Positions 35,576 through 45,926 of a stretch of DNA of 64,000 bases are shown in pieces. The translations under genes and the position numbers were made by a program. How positions within the stretch are numbered: the stretch's first letter is position 1; every line of letters begins with the position of its first letter. The notes below the pieces were generated by a model, which ran no database searches, was not told where the DNA came from, and was given only the letters and a program-made list of their open reading frames with translations. This DNA is from Chrysochromulina tobinii. Taxonomy: Eukaryota. The DNA is taken from positions 1-64,000 of the forward strand of contig JWZX01003313.1 of assembly GCA_001275005.1 (NCBI GenBank), read 5' to 3'.

Positions 35576-38263
35576 TCACATCCTCACTGGCACCTGCCTG
35601 GGGAAGATGTCGAGGAGATAGCGCGCCGGCCGGCGCGTCCGTGACCGCAGCCGCCCGACATGCGCGCCGCCGGACGCGTTGCGAAGTGGCACGATGCCCA
35701 CATCCTCCAGAGCAGAACGATAGCAACAGTGGTCGGGATAGCCTTTGGGGCTCGGGCACCATGGATATCGCGGGCGCTCATGCATCGGCGTCGCCGAGAA
35801 GGTGAAGACCTGCTCGCAGAACAGAAAGTACTGCACGTTACATGCATCGGACACGTCGAGCTCGAAGCCGTCACAGCGCTTGCGCCCGAGGGCGCCGTAG
35901 CAGGCCATGGTGCGGGCATGCTTGATCACGAATGCCATGTGCGCTGAGCAGTGCGGGTAGCGCGAGCGCAAGGCGGCGTCATCTTCCCACGCGGCGGAGG
36001 CGCACGTGTCGGCAGGCGCCGGGCGTGGCAGTGAGCTCGCCGCCCACCGTCGCTCGTCAGCGTCCGCGTCTGCGCCCTCTATCAGCTCGTAAGGATCCCC
36101 CTTGGATGAGGTGGCGCAGCGCTGCGGGTCAGACGGGTCGGGGGGCATCGTGCCGCCGGCAGCGGCCAACAGGGCGCCAGTGACGGACATGGCGGTGGTG
36201 ACGTTGACGTCGGTGGTGGTGGTTTTGGTTTTGGTGGTGGTGGTGGTGGTGGTGGACGCGGCAGTGGCCCTGGCGGAGTCGTTTTCAAAGGCAACCGCGA
36301 CCGAGGCACCGACCGCCCCGGCCGCCTCCGCTGCAAGGATGGCGGCAGTCCCATTCCATTGCCAGCCCTCACGCACCGCCGAGCGCGTATACGCCCGCCA
36401 CAGCGCGTGTAGCTTGCGTGGGCTAGTATGGTGTGTGCCGATGTTGTGACGCGCCGCCTCGGGAACCATTGTGCACTTGTGCGCCGGAAACTGCACGTCC
36501 TCGAATCCATTGTCAAGGTGGACGACGCCGCCCATGCGCACTTGCAGGCACCAGCAGAAGAGCCAATCTTGATTGTACATGGAGCCTTTCTTGAGACCGT
36601 CCCACAGGAAGAGGCCGCGAGCATACCTGACGAGCATACAAAGTCTCGAGGTCAGAGGAGATCAGCGACGAGATCAGACGAGATCAGATGAGATCAGACG
36701 AGATCAGAGGAGATCAGACGAGATCAGACGAGATCAGACGAGATCAGACGAGATCAGAGGAGATCAAAGGAGATCGCGAGCATACAAAGTCTCGAGGTCA
36801 TCGATGCATTGCATGAGCAGGGTCGCATCAGCGAAACGTCGCATGGCGGGCGCCGTGAAGAGCATAATGCCGCCGATGACGATGTGCAGATAGCGCGGCA
36901 TCGCCACACCAAGCACCTGGCTGATTCGCGCCTTGAGCCTGAGGAGATAGAGGAGAACAGAGGAGGTCAGATGAGGTCAGAGGAGATCAGGAGATCGGAG
37001 GGCCGCGCGTACCTTTGCTTGACACCCCAGTCGCAAAAGCCTGGGCCGTACAGCGCGAGCTCCGTCTGATCTCGATGCGCGAGATACTCGTAGAGGCGCG
37101 CGCGCGAGATGAAGACATCATCATCGACGATCAGGTAGTACGCGGCGTGTGGGAAGCGCGTGTAGAGCCGCTGTGGGATGTACTTCCACACCTGCTGGGC
37201 GCGCGCCATCTCGGTGTGGCTCTCAAACACGAGCACTTGCCCAAAATGGGGTAGCCACGTGGCCTCTAGAGCCGCGTATCGCTCGGACGTGCGGCTCTTT
37301 GTGAGCACTCCAACGGCAACCTGAGCCACAAGAACCATCGAGATGCGTCAGAAGAAAGCAATCCCACGGGCAATCCGACGCAAACCGACGCCATCATAGC
37401 CATTCCGAGAGGCATTCACACATGGGCATTCACATCAGAGGCATTCACACCTGGGCCACGATGGCCGCACTGAAGTCGCCGCCGAGGGAGCGTGCTGTGA
37501 AAGCCGAGCTGCTGGTGCTGTGATGAGTGAGCGTGTGATGGGTGAGCGGAGTCACAGGACCTTCAGAGGCGTCACGACGACGGCCGCGAGCTGCGCGACG
37601 CTGACTACCGCCGCCGCGTCGGCCACGACCGCGCCCACGCCTACCACCGCCCGCGCCGCCCGCACCGCCCGCACCGCCACCGCCGCCACCGCCGCCACCG
37701 CCGCCACCGCCGCCACCTCCCTTGCGTTTGTCATCACCACCGTGAGCCAGAGGCTTCTGCTCAGCACGATTCGCCGGTGCCTCAGCGTCCAGGTCTGGCA
37801 CCTCGGCCACCCTTGCTCGGTGCGAAGCGTCCTCGCCTTCGTCCTCACCCTCGGCCTCGTATGAGTAACGGTGTAGAGCCGCGCCACGCGCCGCCGGCGG
37901 CGGCAAAACGGGCGGACTCGGAGGCTCGGAGAGGCAGAAGGCGCACTTTAAGCATCGGCACTGCTGACAATGGAAAGCCCACAAGTCGGGGTCGCATCCT
38001 GGTGTACAGTCGGGGTCGCATCCTGGTGGTGGCCTTGGGCTCTGCGGCGGCAGATCATTGTCCTCAAACGAGGCGCCGCCGCTCGGTGCAACGACGCTTG
38101 GCGACAGGGGCAGCGCCAGAGGCCGCCTCCAGCGAGATTCGGATTGCGCCGAGCCGCGTGCGGCACTGAAGTCGGAGGCAGTAGACGAGCTGAAAATCTT
38201 AGGCAAACGCCAAAGTGTCACAGCCGCCGACACTAGCAGAAGGATAATCGAGGCCTCCCGCAT
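35576..38263 (-). CDS. GT31/Fringe-like glycosyltransferase; introns 37321-37450, 36939-37012, 36627-36785
   Basis: N-terminal anchor; VAVGVLT..TW; YYLIVDDDVFI (DxD); LYG; DWLFCWCL; HH motif; frame is continuous after removing three GT-AG introns. Confidence 0.75.
36627..36785 (-). repeat. Intron of ~12 x 10-bp (agatcagacg) repeats flanked by duplicated exon-junction sequence
   Basis: Direct reading; cgagcatacaaagtctcgaggtca at 36631-36654 and 36777-36800. Confidence 0.88.
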
Positions 38264-38326
38264 TGACTAATCGTGTGAAGTGTGTGTGAAGTGTGAAGCA
38301 ATGTGACTTGGAACTTACCCTGGCAT

Positions 38327-39421
38327 CTACCCTGGCACGTGCACGTGCCGGCGACTATAGCTCTCGAGCCCTCGGCTAAAGTCCTGGTCGTGACCGAAGA
38401 CGGCTTCGTCAACCTCGGAGCGGAATTGCCTGTTGTCGACAACCCGCCGTCGGAATGCGCTTTCGCCGCCGCCGTAGGACGCCCCATAGTGCGTCTGGTT
38501 TGAGTTGTCCTGGTCGCGCCCGAAGACGATCATATCGACCTCGGACACAATTTGACGCTGGTCGCGCCGGCGCCGCGGTCCGAACATGCCCCAGTCGTCG
38601 GCGATGACCTCGACCTTCTCTGACCCGTCAATGTCCCGGCCAAAGACGATGCGATCGACGTTTGAGCGCATGCTCCGTTTCGCCGTTTCGCCGATATCAA
38701 AGCGATACTCCGACATTTGGGTGCCCGAGCGCTCCTCGAAGCGCTGCCGCTGCTCCTTCCGGGTCTGCCAGCGCGCGAGCTCCGCGCGGGCTCGCTGCTC
38801 GTCGCGCTTGACACGCTCGAGCGCGACGCGCAGTTCAATTTCGCGCACCGTGGCTCGCAGCGCCGGAGAGTCGGTGGCGGCAGCGCGCGAGACGAGCTCT
38901 CGCAGCGGCAGCGGCAGCGACCGCTGTGAGTGCAACGATACGGCAGCGAATGTCGGCGGCAAATGCTGCGCCGGCAAGGCCTGCTGCTGCTGCCGCTGCG
39001 GCAGCGGCCGCGGATCTGACTCCGTCGGCGGCGGCGCGGTGGAGGGTCGCAACGCGGGAGCCGACGCGACGCGGCTCATCACCGGCCGCCTGTCCGACTG
39101 CCTGCGAGGGTAGTGGATGCTCTGGTCGCGTTTGATGGCCGGCGCAAATGCTCCGCCACCGCGCGGACGATCGTGCGGCTGCTGCATTGCGTGGAATAGG
39201 CCGCCTTCGACGCTCGACATGTTCATGCGCAGACCCGCGACACTGGGCGGCTGCCTCAGGGCTTGCACCGCGTCCGGATTGAGACCGAGCAACTCGGTCA
39301 TCACTAGGCTGCGCGGATCAGGACGCGGCGGTGGCTGTGCGGCAGCCTTGCGTTCCAATCGCACCCGATTCCGCCACATGATGTCGTGCAGCGTTGACGG
39401 AGGGTTAGCCTCAACTTGCAT
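38327..39421 (-). CDS. Hypothetical protein with coiled coil and three S.VD..VFG.D.D.S repeats
   Basis: 364-aa ORF; internal peptide repeat conserved despite DNA divergence. Confidence 0.6.
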   Translation of the reverse strand: MQVEANPPSTLHDIMWRNRVRLERKAAAQPPPRPDPRSLVMTELLGLNPDAVQALRQPPSVAGLRMNMSSVEGGLFHAMQQPHDRPRGGGAFAPAIKRDQSIHYPRRQSDRRPVMSRVASAPALRPSTAPPPTESDPRPLPQRQQQQALPAQHLPPTFAAVSLHSQRSLPLPLRELVSRAAATDSPALRATVREIELRVALERVKRDEQRARAELARWQTRKEQRQRFEERSGTQMSEYRFDIGETAKRSMRSNVDRIVFGRDIDGSEKVEVIADDWGMFGPRRRRDQRQIVSEVDMIVFGRDQDNSNQTHYGASYGGGESAFRRRVVDNRQFRSEVDEAVFGHDQDFSRGLESYSRRHVHVPG

Positions 39422-39711
39422 GGCCTCTGGCAGACGTGAATGACCCCCAACCCAGGAATGGGAATCTGACGGGGGGGGTGCTTACCGCAACCTTGTCTTG
39501 ATAAGAAGTTTATCCGATCCCCGAGTTTCAGGAAAGATTTAGAAACCGTCACGTATCCGCGACTCGGATGGCGATGGCACGGATGGCACTTATGACAGAA
39601 AACTTAGTCCAAATATGGAAGTTTAGGTCTTGTTGTGAAGTGAAGCTCACGCAGCAGAGCAGCGCTCACGGTTGGTCGGCTCGGCGCGATCCACAAAGCT
39701 GCCCCGTGTGC

Positions 39712-42534
39712 ATGCAGCATGACTCCGAGGCCGAGCTCCTCTTCCTGCGCGACCTCGCAGACGTGGAACCCCCGCGAGAACAGTACAAATACTATGACGA
39801 CGAGGACATTTACCGCCTCGTGCCGCGGCCGCTGTGGACCGGCCTCGAGGACGAGATCTGGTCCCCGCGCAGCCTGGAGCACGACCCGCAGCTCGAGAAG
39901 GTGAAGGTGCTTATGAAGCGTCAGCAGCAGACTGTTCAATGCGATGGCCCACTGGCGCAGGCGCCGACGCAGCTGTCGCCTACCAAGTGTGCCACCAAGC
40001 TGAGGAGCAAGAAGCGGAGGCGCCACTTGAGGGCCGTGCGCCGATTCCTCGCCCACCCGTTCATCGACGGCTTCGTCAACCTGAGCATCTTTTGGGCCCT
40101 CTTTTCTGAGGACGTCCGGATCCTGTGTCTGGGCAAGGCGGCCGACTATTACATCTGGTCGGTGCACGTCGTCGTGATGTTGTCCTTCCTTTTGGAGATC
40201 GTGCTCCGCTCGTACTCGCAGCGCGGCTACTTCTGGTCGTTTTACTGCAACCTCGACATCGTCGCCACGCTCACCATGATCTTCGACTGGCTGCCGCTGC
40301 TCTACACCACTAGCTCCGACGCCGGCTCCACGGCCGTCCGTGCGGCCAAGTCGGCGCGCGTGGGCACCGCCGTCGCGCGCCTCGTGCGCGTGGTTCGCAT
40401 CATCCGTCTCATCAAGCTGATGGTCCGTCCAGCGCAGAAGCGGATGTTTAACGACGACGACGATGACGAGGAGCGCTCTTCCTTCGGAGGCGTGGACGAG
40501 ACGACCCCTTCGGACCTCTCTCGGGCTCTGCAGACCACCATCACCAAGAAGACGATCATCTTCGTGCTCGTACTCCTCATTGGCCAATGGGCGCTCGAGA
40601 TCAGCTTCCCGTACGGCGGCATCACAGAGCCCCCCGTGGACGATCGGATTGCGTACGGGCTCGCGCTCCTCCATGCGGCGATCCAGAACGACACGGCCAA
40701 GGACATCACCTCGGCACCCTTCGTGCCACTGGCCCACCTCTTCCGCGACACGTTAGAGCAGCCGCTTCAGCTTGAGTCGATTTGGTCAGAGATCCGCATG
40801 CCGCTCTTTGCCCTCAAGGTGCACAACTTCGGGCCCAACCGGGAGAATTTCACCTTTTACCCGGTGAGCGACTCGGAGCCGCGGGACGCCGACGGGTACA
40901 CGACTACCGGCTTCACGCCCTGCGACGTCGACGGCACGAATCCGTGCTCCGGCGATCGGATGATGACGTGGCAGCCCAACTGGACCAATCCTCAACGGTC
41001 CGTCGGTCGCGATTGGGTTGCGGCCGTGCTGCCCGTGAACGCGCCCATCTACCCAGATACCCACTGGCCGGACTGCACGTTCTACAAGCTGGCCATCGAG
41101 TTGCGGGGCGATGAGGACAAGAGCTGCCCAAACGCCAAATCGGCCTTCGGCATGATGACCCGCATGCGCGACCATCGCACGCGCGATCCGAGCGAGCTGC
41201 TACGGGAATTCTACCCCGGCGATTGGAATGTGGGCGACCCGGGGCTCATGGTGGAGGTGTGGTACGGGCGCAAGTTTGCGCAGGACGTGCAGGCCTTCTT
41301 CAACATCATGCTGATCCTGTGCGTGGCCTGCCTGCTCGCGTACATGGGCTTCCTTCTCTCCCGTGACGTAGACTCGCTGGTCGTGCGTCCGATTGAGACC
41401 ATGGTCATGGAGGTGACCATGCTCGCCAAGAACCCAGCGTATAAGCTCAAGAAGGTGGATCATGTCAAGTACGAGACGGACGCGCTCCGCGTCTCGCTCT
41501 CCAAGATCGCGAGCATGCTGCAGGTGGGGTTCGGCGAGGCGGGCAACAACCTGATCGCCGAGAATCTTCGAAAGGGTGACACGGTCGACCCTATGGTGCC
41601 TGGGCGGAGGCTGCTTGGTGCCTTTGGCTTCTGCATCATCGACGAGTATGAGGAGGTCCTCGAGTGCCTCGGCGAGGAGATCTTGCCATTCACCAACCGG
41701 GCGGCCTCGATCGTGCACGATGCTGTCACCGCCAATGGTGGACAGCCCAACCGCAACCTAGGCGAGGCCTTCCTGTGCGTGTGGAAGGCGCCGACCGACG
41801 GGCTGGATCCCGAGTTGCTCACGACGGAGCTCCTCGATAGGATGGAGACGCGTATGTGCGATGGCGCGCTCACCGCCTTCCGCCGATGTGTGCGCTGCGT
41901 CGCGCAGTCAGCGAGGCTGCAGGCGTACAATGAACACGAGGAGATCCTCAAGGCCTTTGGCGGCGAGTACTCGACACGCATCGGGTACGGTCTCCACTAC
42001 GGCTGGGCCATCGAGGGTGCCGTGGGCACCAACATCAAGATCGACTGCTCGTACCTCTCGCCCAACGTCAATCTCGCGGCGCGCCTCGAGAGCGCGACCA
42101 AGATGTACGGTGTCAACATCCTGATGTCCGAGGCGTTTTACACGAAGCTCTCGCCGCCCGTGCGCCAAGGGCTTCGGCGCGTCGACGTGGTGTGCCTCAA
42201 AGGTTCGTCCATTCCGATGGCCATCTTCACCTGCGACCGCTCCAACGGATTGTATGTGGCGCCCGAGGCGATCGAAAAATACGGCGAGGAGAATGTCGTC
42301 GACGAGTTCCAGCGCTTGTTTGAGAGCGGCATGGACTGCTTTGTGGGCGGCGTCTGGGCGACAGCCAAGATGCACTTCGAGGCGGCGCTCGGTATCTGCC
42401 CTCGAGACCAGCCGGCCACCCGCCTCATGATGCACATGGACACGCCCGAGAAGCACCCGGACTACGGCCTCGCCAAGACCCCCTTTGTGGCGCCTGACGG
42501 ATGGGCGGGCTACCACGTCCTCCTCTCCAAATAG
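39712..42534 (+). CDS. Voltage-sensor/ion-channel-like class III adenylyl cyclase homologue (ciliate/apicomplexan ACalpha type) with degenerate active site
   Basis: S4 ARLVRVVRIIRLIKLMVR; GFGEAG; GLHYGWAIEGAVG..KID.SYLSPNVNLAARLE; TPR-like tail ending APDGWAGY. Confidence 0.88.
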   Translation: MQHDSEAELLFLRDLADVEPPREQYKYYDDEDIYRLVPRPLWTGLEDEIWSPRSLEHDPQLEKVKVLMKRQQQTVQCDGPLAQAPTQLSPTKCATKLRSKKRRRHLRAVRRFLAHPFIDGFVNLSIFWALFSEDVRILCLGKAADYYIWSVHVVVMLSFLLEIVLRSYSQRGYFWSFYCNLDIVATLTMIFDWLPLLYTTSSDAGSTAVRAAKSARVGTAVARLVRVVRIIRLIKLMVRPAQKRMFNDDDDDEERSSFGGVDETTPSDLSRALQTTITKKTIIFVLVLLIGQWALEISFPYGGITEPPVDDRIAYGLALLHAAIQNDTAKDITSAPFVPLAHLFRDTLEQPLQLESIWSEIRMPLFALKVHNFGPNRENFTFYPVSDSEPRDADGYTTTGFTPCDVDGTNPCSGDRMMTWQPNWTNPQRSVGRDWVAAVLPVNAPIYPDTHWPDCTFYKLAIELRGDEDKSCPNAKSAFGMMTRMRDHRTRDPSELLREFYPGDWNVGDPGLMVEVWYGRKFAQDVQAFFNIMLILCVACLLAYMGFLLSRDVDSLVVRPIETMVMEVTMLAKNPAYKLKKVDHVKYETDALRVSLSKIASMLQVGFGEAGNNLIAENLRKGDTVDPMVPGRRLLGAFGFCIIDEYEEVLECLGEEILPFTNRAASIVHDAVTANGGQPNRNLGEAFLCVWKAPTDGLDPELLTTELLDRMETRMCDGALTAFRRCVRCVAQSARLQAYNEHEEILKAFGGEYSTRIGYGLHYGWAIEGAVGTNIKIDCSYLSPNVNLAARLESATKMYGVNILMSEAFYTKLSPPVRQGLRRVDVVCLKGSSIPMAIFTCDRSNGLYVAPEAIEKYGEENVVDEFQRLFESGMDCFVGGVWATAKMHFEAALGICPRDQPATRLMMHMDTPEKHPDYGLAKTPFVAPDGWAGYHVLLSK

Positions 42535-42721
42535 AGGCGGGGAAGGACCGCTCAGCACATTCACATACAGTTCTGGGAGGACGGGCGGGTCTAGTTTGAA
42601 GTACGATCATCTCTGGCATGACACTTACTTTGGTTACCGTCGTTGCGTACGTGGTTTTCTGCAACATAAATGTTCCTTGTACCGTCCTTTGGATGATCAC
42701 ACTTGCCCGATTTGGATACCA

Positions 42722-43548
42722 ATGCGACGGGCCTTGGGCTGCATGGTGGCGATTACGTCAGTCCTTGTACAATGCTCTCATTCGGAATCTCATTCGAAGC
42801 AGTTGGACGATCATGACTCGGTGGACGATCCACTCCACACGGCAGTCCGCGAGGGCAACGTCGAGGAGGTTGAGGTTTTGCTGGCATCCGGCAGATCCCG
42901 CCTGACTGTCCGCGATTCCCTCGGCTACACACCTTTGCACCGAGCAAGTGATGATGGGCTTTCAAACGTTGTGCGCGTGCTGCTCAAGCACGGGGCTGGG
43001 GCTGGCCCTGCCACTAACAGCGTCGGCACCGTTCTCGAACGTGCCGGGACCTCGATCGAATCTCGCGATCATGACGCCGCAACGCCGCTCATGCTAGCCG
43101 CATCCGGCGGCCACGTGGAGTGCATAAGGCTGCTCGTGGGCGCGGGTGCGAGTCTCACGGCGACGGATGAGGTCGGACTCACCGCCCTGCACTACGCAGC
43201 CGAGGTACGCACGCCATCCACATTCCGCGTGCCCCTTTCTTGATCACGTGCCTGATCTCACAACGCGCGGTGTGCCCCACGCTCGCACGGCAGGGTGGCC
43301 ACGCGGACGCCGTGTCGACGCTGCTTGAGCTTGGCGCGGCCCCCGATGCTACCGATGATGCAGGCAAGACAGCCTTCGACGTAGCGAAGGCGTGGGGCTT
43401 CACCGAGGCGGCTGCTGTGCTGCTCGACGCTGGCTCGTCCGTCTCGATCGATTCGCCCGGCCCGGAGAGTAGCACAGACAAATCCGGCGAGATGCCGCAC
43501 CGGATGCGCATGCCGGACAACCTGCAGCCTGAGAAGCTCGAGCTCTGA
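42722..43548 (+). CDS. Ankyrin-repeat protein with signal peptide; intron 43205-43293
   Basis: PLHTAVREG, GYTPLHRA, TPLMLAASGGH, TALHYAAE-GGH, GKTAFDVA. Confidence 0.88.
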
Positions 43549-43942
43549 GCTCGCGTCACTGCCACGACGAGGTGGCACTTATGTACTTAAGAACACATCG
43601 CCCTTACCGAGCTCGCCCACACCGTGGGCTGGTCGCGGTTGTATCGTGTGGAGGGGAGACGGGCCCGGTCGGCCGGTCCGATGACGTCGCCCGAGGCGGG
43701 TCACGGCGGTCAGGGTCGCGTCATGCGAACCCGCGGGCGCGACGAGAGGGCGAGCATGAGCCAACGATGCCTATTCGGGCTGAGAGTGAGACGAGCCGCA
43801 AACCGCCAAACCCGAGATCTAGCCGAAAACGCGGCAAAACGACAGTTCGTTTCTTACAGTTTAATCGCAGTATCAATTCTGTTTGCACACGCTCGTTCTC
43901 GTAACACTCTAGGCTGTGGAGGCGTGGACGCCCAATCCGTAA

Positions 43943-45814
43943 TCACCCGCGCTCCTCGGCTAGTGGCCGACCTCTGGTCTCGGGCAGCAGCAATGCGGCG
44001 AGCCCGGCCGAGAGCGCAACGGCGCCGAGCCCAAGCTGGGTGACCAGAGGCGGCATGTTCGGGCTGGCCGTGAGGGGCGCGAGGATGGAGCCGGTGCGCG
44101 AGAAGACATCCGCCACGCCAAGCGCGGACGCACGTATCGCAGTAGGGAAGAGCTCTGTTGGGTACATGTACACGAGCTGGAAGGCACCGGCCGCGCATGC
44201 CTTGCCCATGAGGGCCAGCGCAAGCACTATGGTCTGCGCGGATGGAGGCGGAATCGGCGGCGCGAGCGGCGCGAGCGGCGGGAGGGGCGCGAGCGGCGGG
44301 AGGGGTGGGAGGGGTGGGAGCGGCGGCGGAGTGTCGGCCAGCGCGAGTGGCGGGAGGGGCGCGAGCGGCGGGAGGGGCGGGAGGGGTGGGAGCGGCGGCG
44401 GAGTGTCGGCCAGCGGAACGGACGCCGTGATGAGCACTACCGAGGCGCCGTGATGAGCGCCGTCTGCGAGCTCGCCGCTGAGCAGGGGTGTGAAGGTGCT
44501 GACCAGGGCTGTGAAGGTGAGCTCGCCGCTGACGAGGGGCGTGAGCATCAGACAGGTGCCGCCGACGAGGAAGCACAGCGCGAGGGTAGTGCGCCGCCCA
44601 AAACGCGGATGGTCCGCGAGGACATACGCGCAGACGTAGCCAGGGAAGTCGACCAGCCCCAACAACGCGCCGTGCTGGTACGGATTGCACCCGCTCGCCT
44701 CGTCACAGGCGCCGATAGCAAAGTTGAGACCGTAGTACAGCAGCCCGACAGCAAGCCAGCACCAGCTCACGATCAGCATGCGAAAGAGCGTGGGCGGATG
44801 CCCGAGCAGACCCAGCGAGCCGCATTGACTGTGTCCCCGGGGAGGCGACCTTGGAAGCGACGCGTCGCCGCACTGGCTGTCGTCCGCGTGAGCGTCCGCA
44901 TGAACGGTGGCGGCCTGAACGGAGCCCGATGAATACGACGCGTGATTGGAAGACACCGCGCTCGCCACAGCGCTATCTCGCGCGGTGGTGAGCGGTTTTA
45001 AGGTCACATGGAGAGGCGGCGGTGCGACGCCCGCGCGGCGCAGTGCGGCGCGCAGTACGCTCTCCGCCTGCGCGCACCGGCCCTTGGCGAGGAGGTAGCG
45101 CGGAGACTCGGGCACATACGGCAGCCCGAGCAGCGGCATTGCCACGAGCAGTCCAAGGAGGAGCTGCACCGTGCGCCAGGGTAGCCCGAGCGCACACAGC
45201 CCGGCGACGAGGCACGAGGAGAGTGAAAAGGAGCTGTTGAGCAGCAGCGTCAGTAGCGACAGGTCGCGCGGGCTGGTCCATTCGGCAGAGAGGACGTAAG
45301 CGATGGCGCCTGAGGGGCCGATGGCCACCGCGGTCAGCGGGTGCAGCACCGCATACGTCCCAAAACTGGGCGAGGCGGCAATCGAAGTGTTGAGCAACAA
45401 ACCGAGCAGGCCGACGACCACGAGCAGCGGCTTGCGCCCATATCGGTCGGCAGCCCACGTAAACGCGAACGCCGCCAGGCCCCAGACCATGAAGAAGGCC
45501 GAGCTCACTACGGAGAGCTGCGTGCTGCCCGCGTTGACGTCGCCTCCAAACCACTCGCGCTCGAGCTCCCGATCGAGGTACGCGGGCGCCATGATGAGCG
45601 CGGCAGGCATGCCATAGAAGCCCATTCCGGCAAACACGATGACAGTGGTCGCAGGCCAGCCACAAAAACGTCCCTCACCCCGTCCCATGTGGATCCAATC
45701 ATCGATCTCAAGTTCGACGTTCACGTCTTCGGTGATGGTGGCTCGTCCAACCTTCAAAAGCGGCTCGCTCACGCCGCGGACCTGCATCGGCGGCCATCGT
45801 CCGTCGACGACCAT
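43943..45814 (-). CDS. MFS transporter (SLC22/organic-cation-like)
   Basis: ADRYGRK, PESPRYL, RFGRR, YPTELFPTAIRASALG, LPETRG motifs. Confidence 0.9.
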   Translation of the reverse strand: MVVDGRWPPMQVRGVSEPLLKVGRATITEDVNVELEIDDWIHMGRGEGRFCGWPATTVIVFAGMGFYGMPAALIMAPAYLDRELEREWFGGDVNAGSTQLSVVSSAFFMVWGLAAFAFTWAADRYGRKPLLVVVGLLGLLLNTSIAASPSFGTYAVLHPLTAVAIGPSGAIAYVLSAEWTSPRDLSLLTLLLNSSFSLSSCLVAGLCALGLPWRTVQLLLGLLVAMPLLGLPYVPESPRYLLAKGRCAQAESVLRAALRRAGVAPPPLHVTLKPLTTARDSAVASAVSSNHASYSSGSVQAATVHADAHADDSQCGDASLPRSPPRGHSQCGSLGLLGHPPTLFRMLIVSWCWLAVGLLYYGLNFAIGACDEASGCNPYQHGALLGLVDFPGYVCAYVLADHPRFGRRTTLALCFLVGGTCLMLTPLVSGELTFTALVSTFTPLLSGELADGAHHGASVVLITASVPLADTPPPLPPLPPLPPLAPLPPLALADTPPPLPPLPPLPPLAPLPPLAPLAPPIPPPSAQTIVLALALMGKACAAGAFQLVYMYPTELFPTAIRASALGVADVFSRTGSILAPLTASPNMPPLVTQLGLGAVALSAGLAALLLPETRGRPLAEERG

Positions 45815-45926
45815 TGACTGCTTGATTGGCGTCGGGGAAGGCCGTCCGTCTTTTCCGCGTCAATCCTGCGGTGTGTTTCGACTAATTAGCTTGCTTGCGC
45901 TCGTCAACTACATAATTACACAGAAG

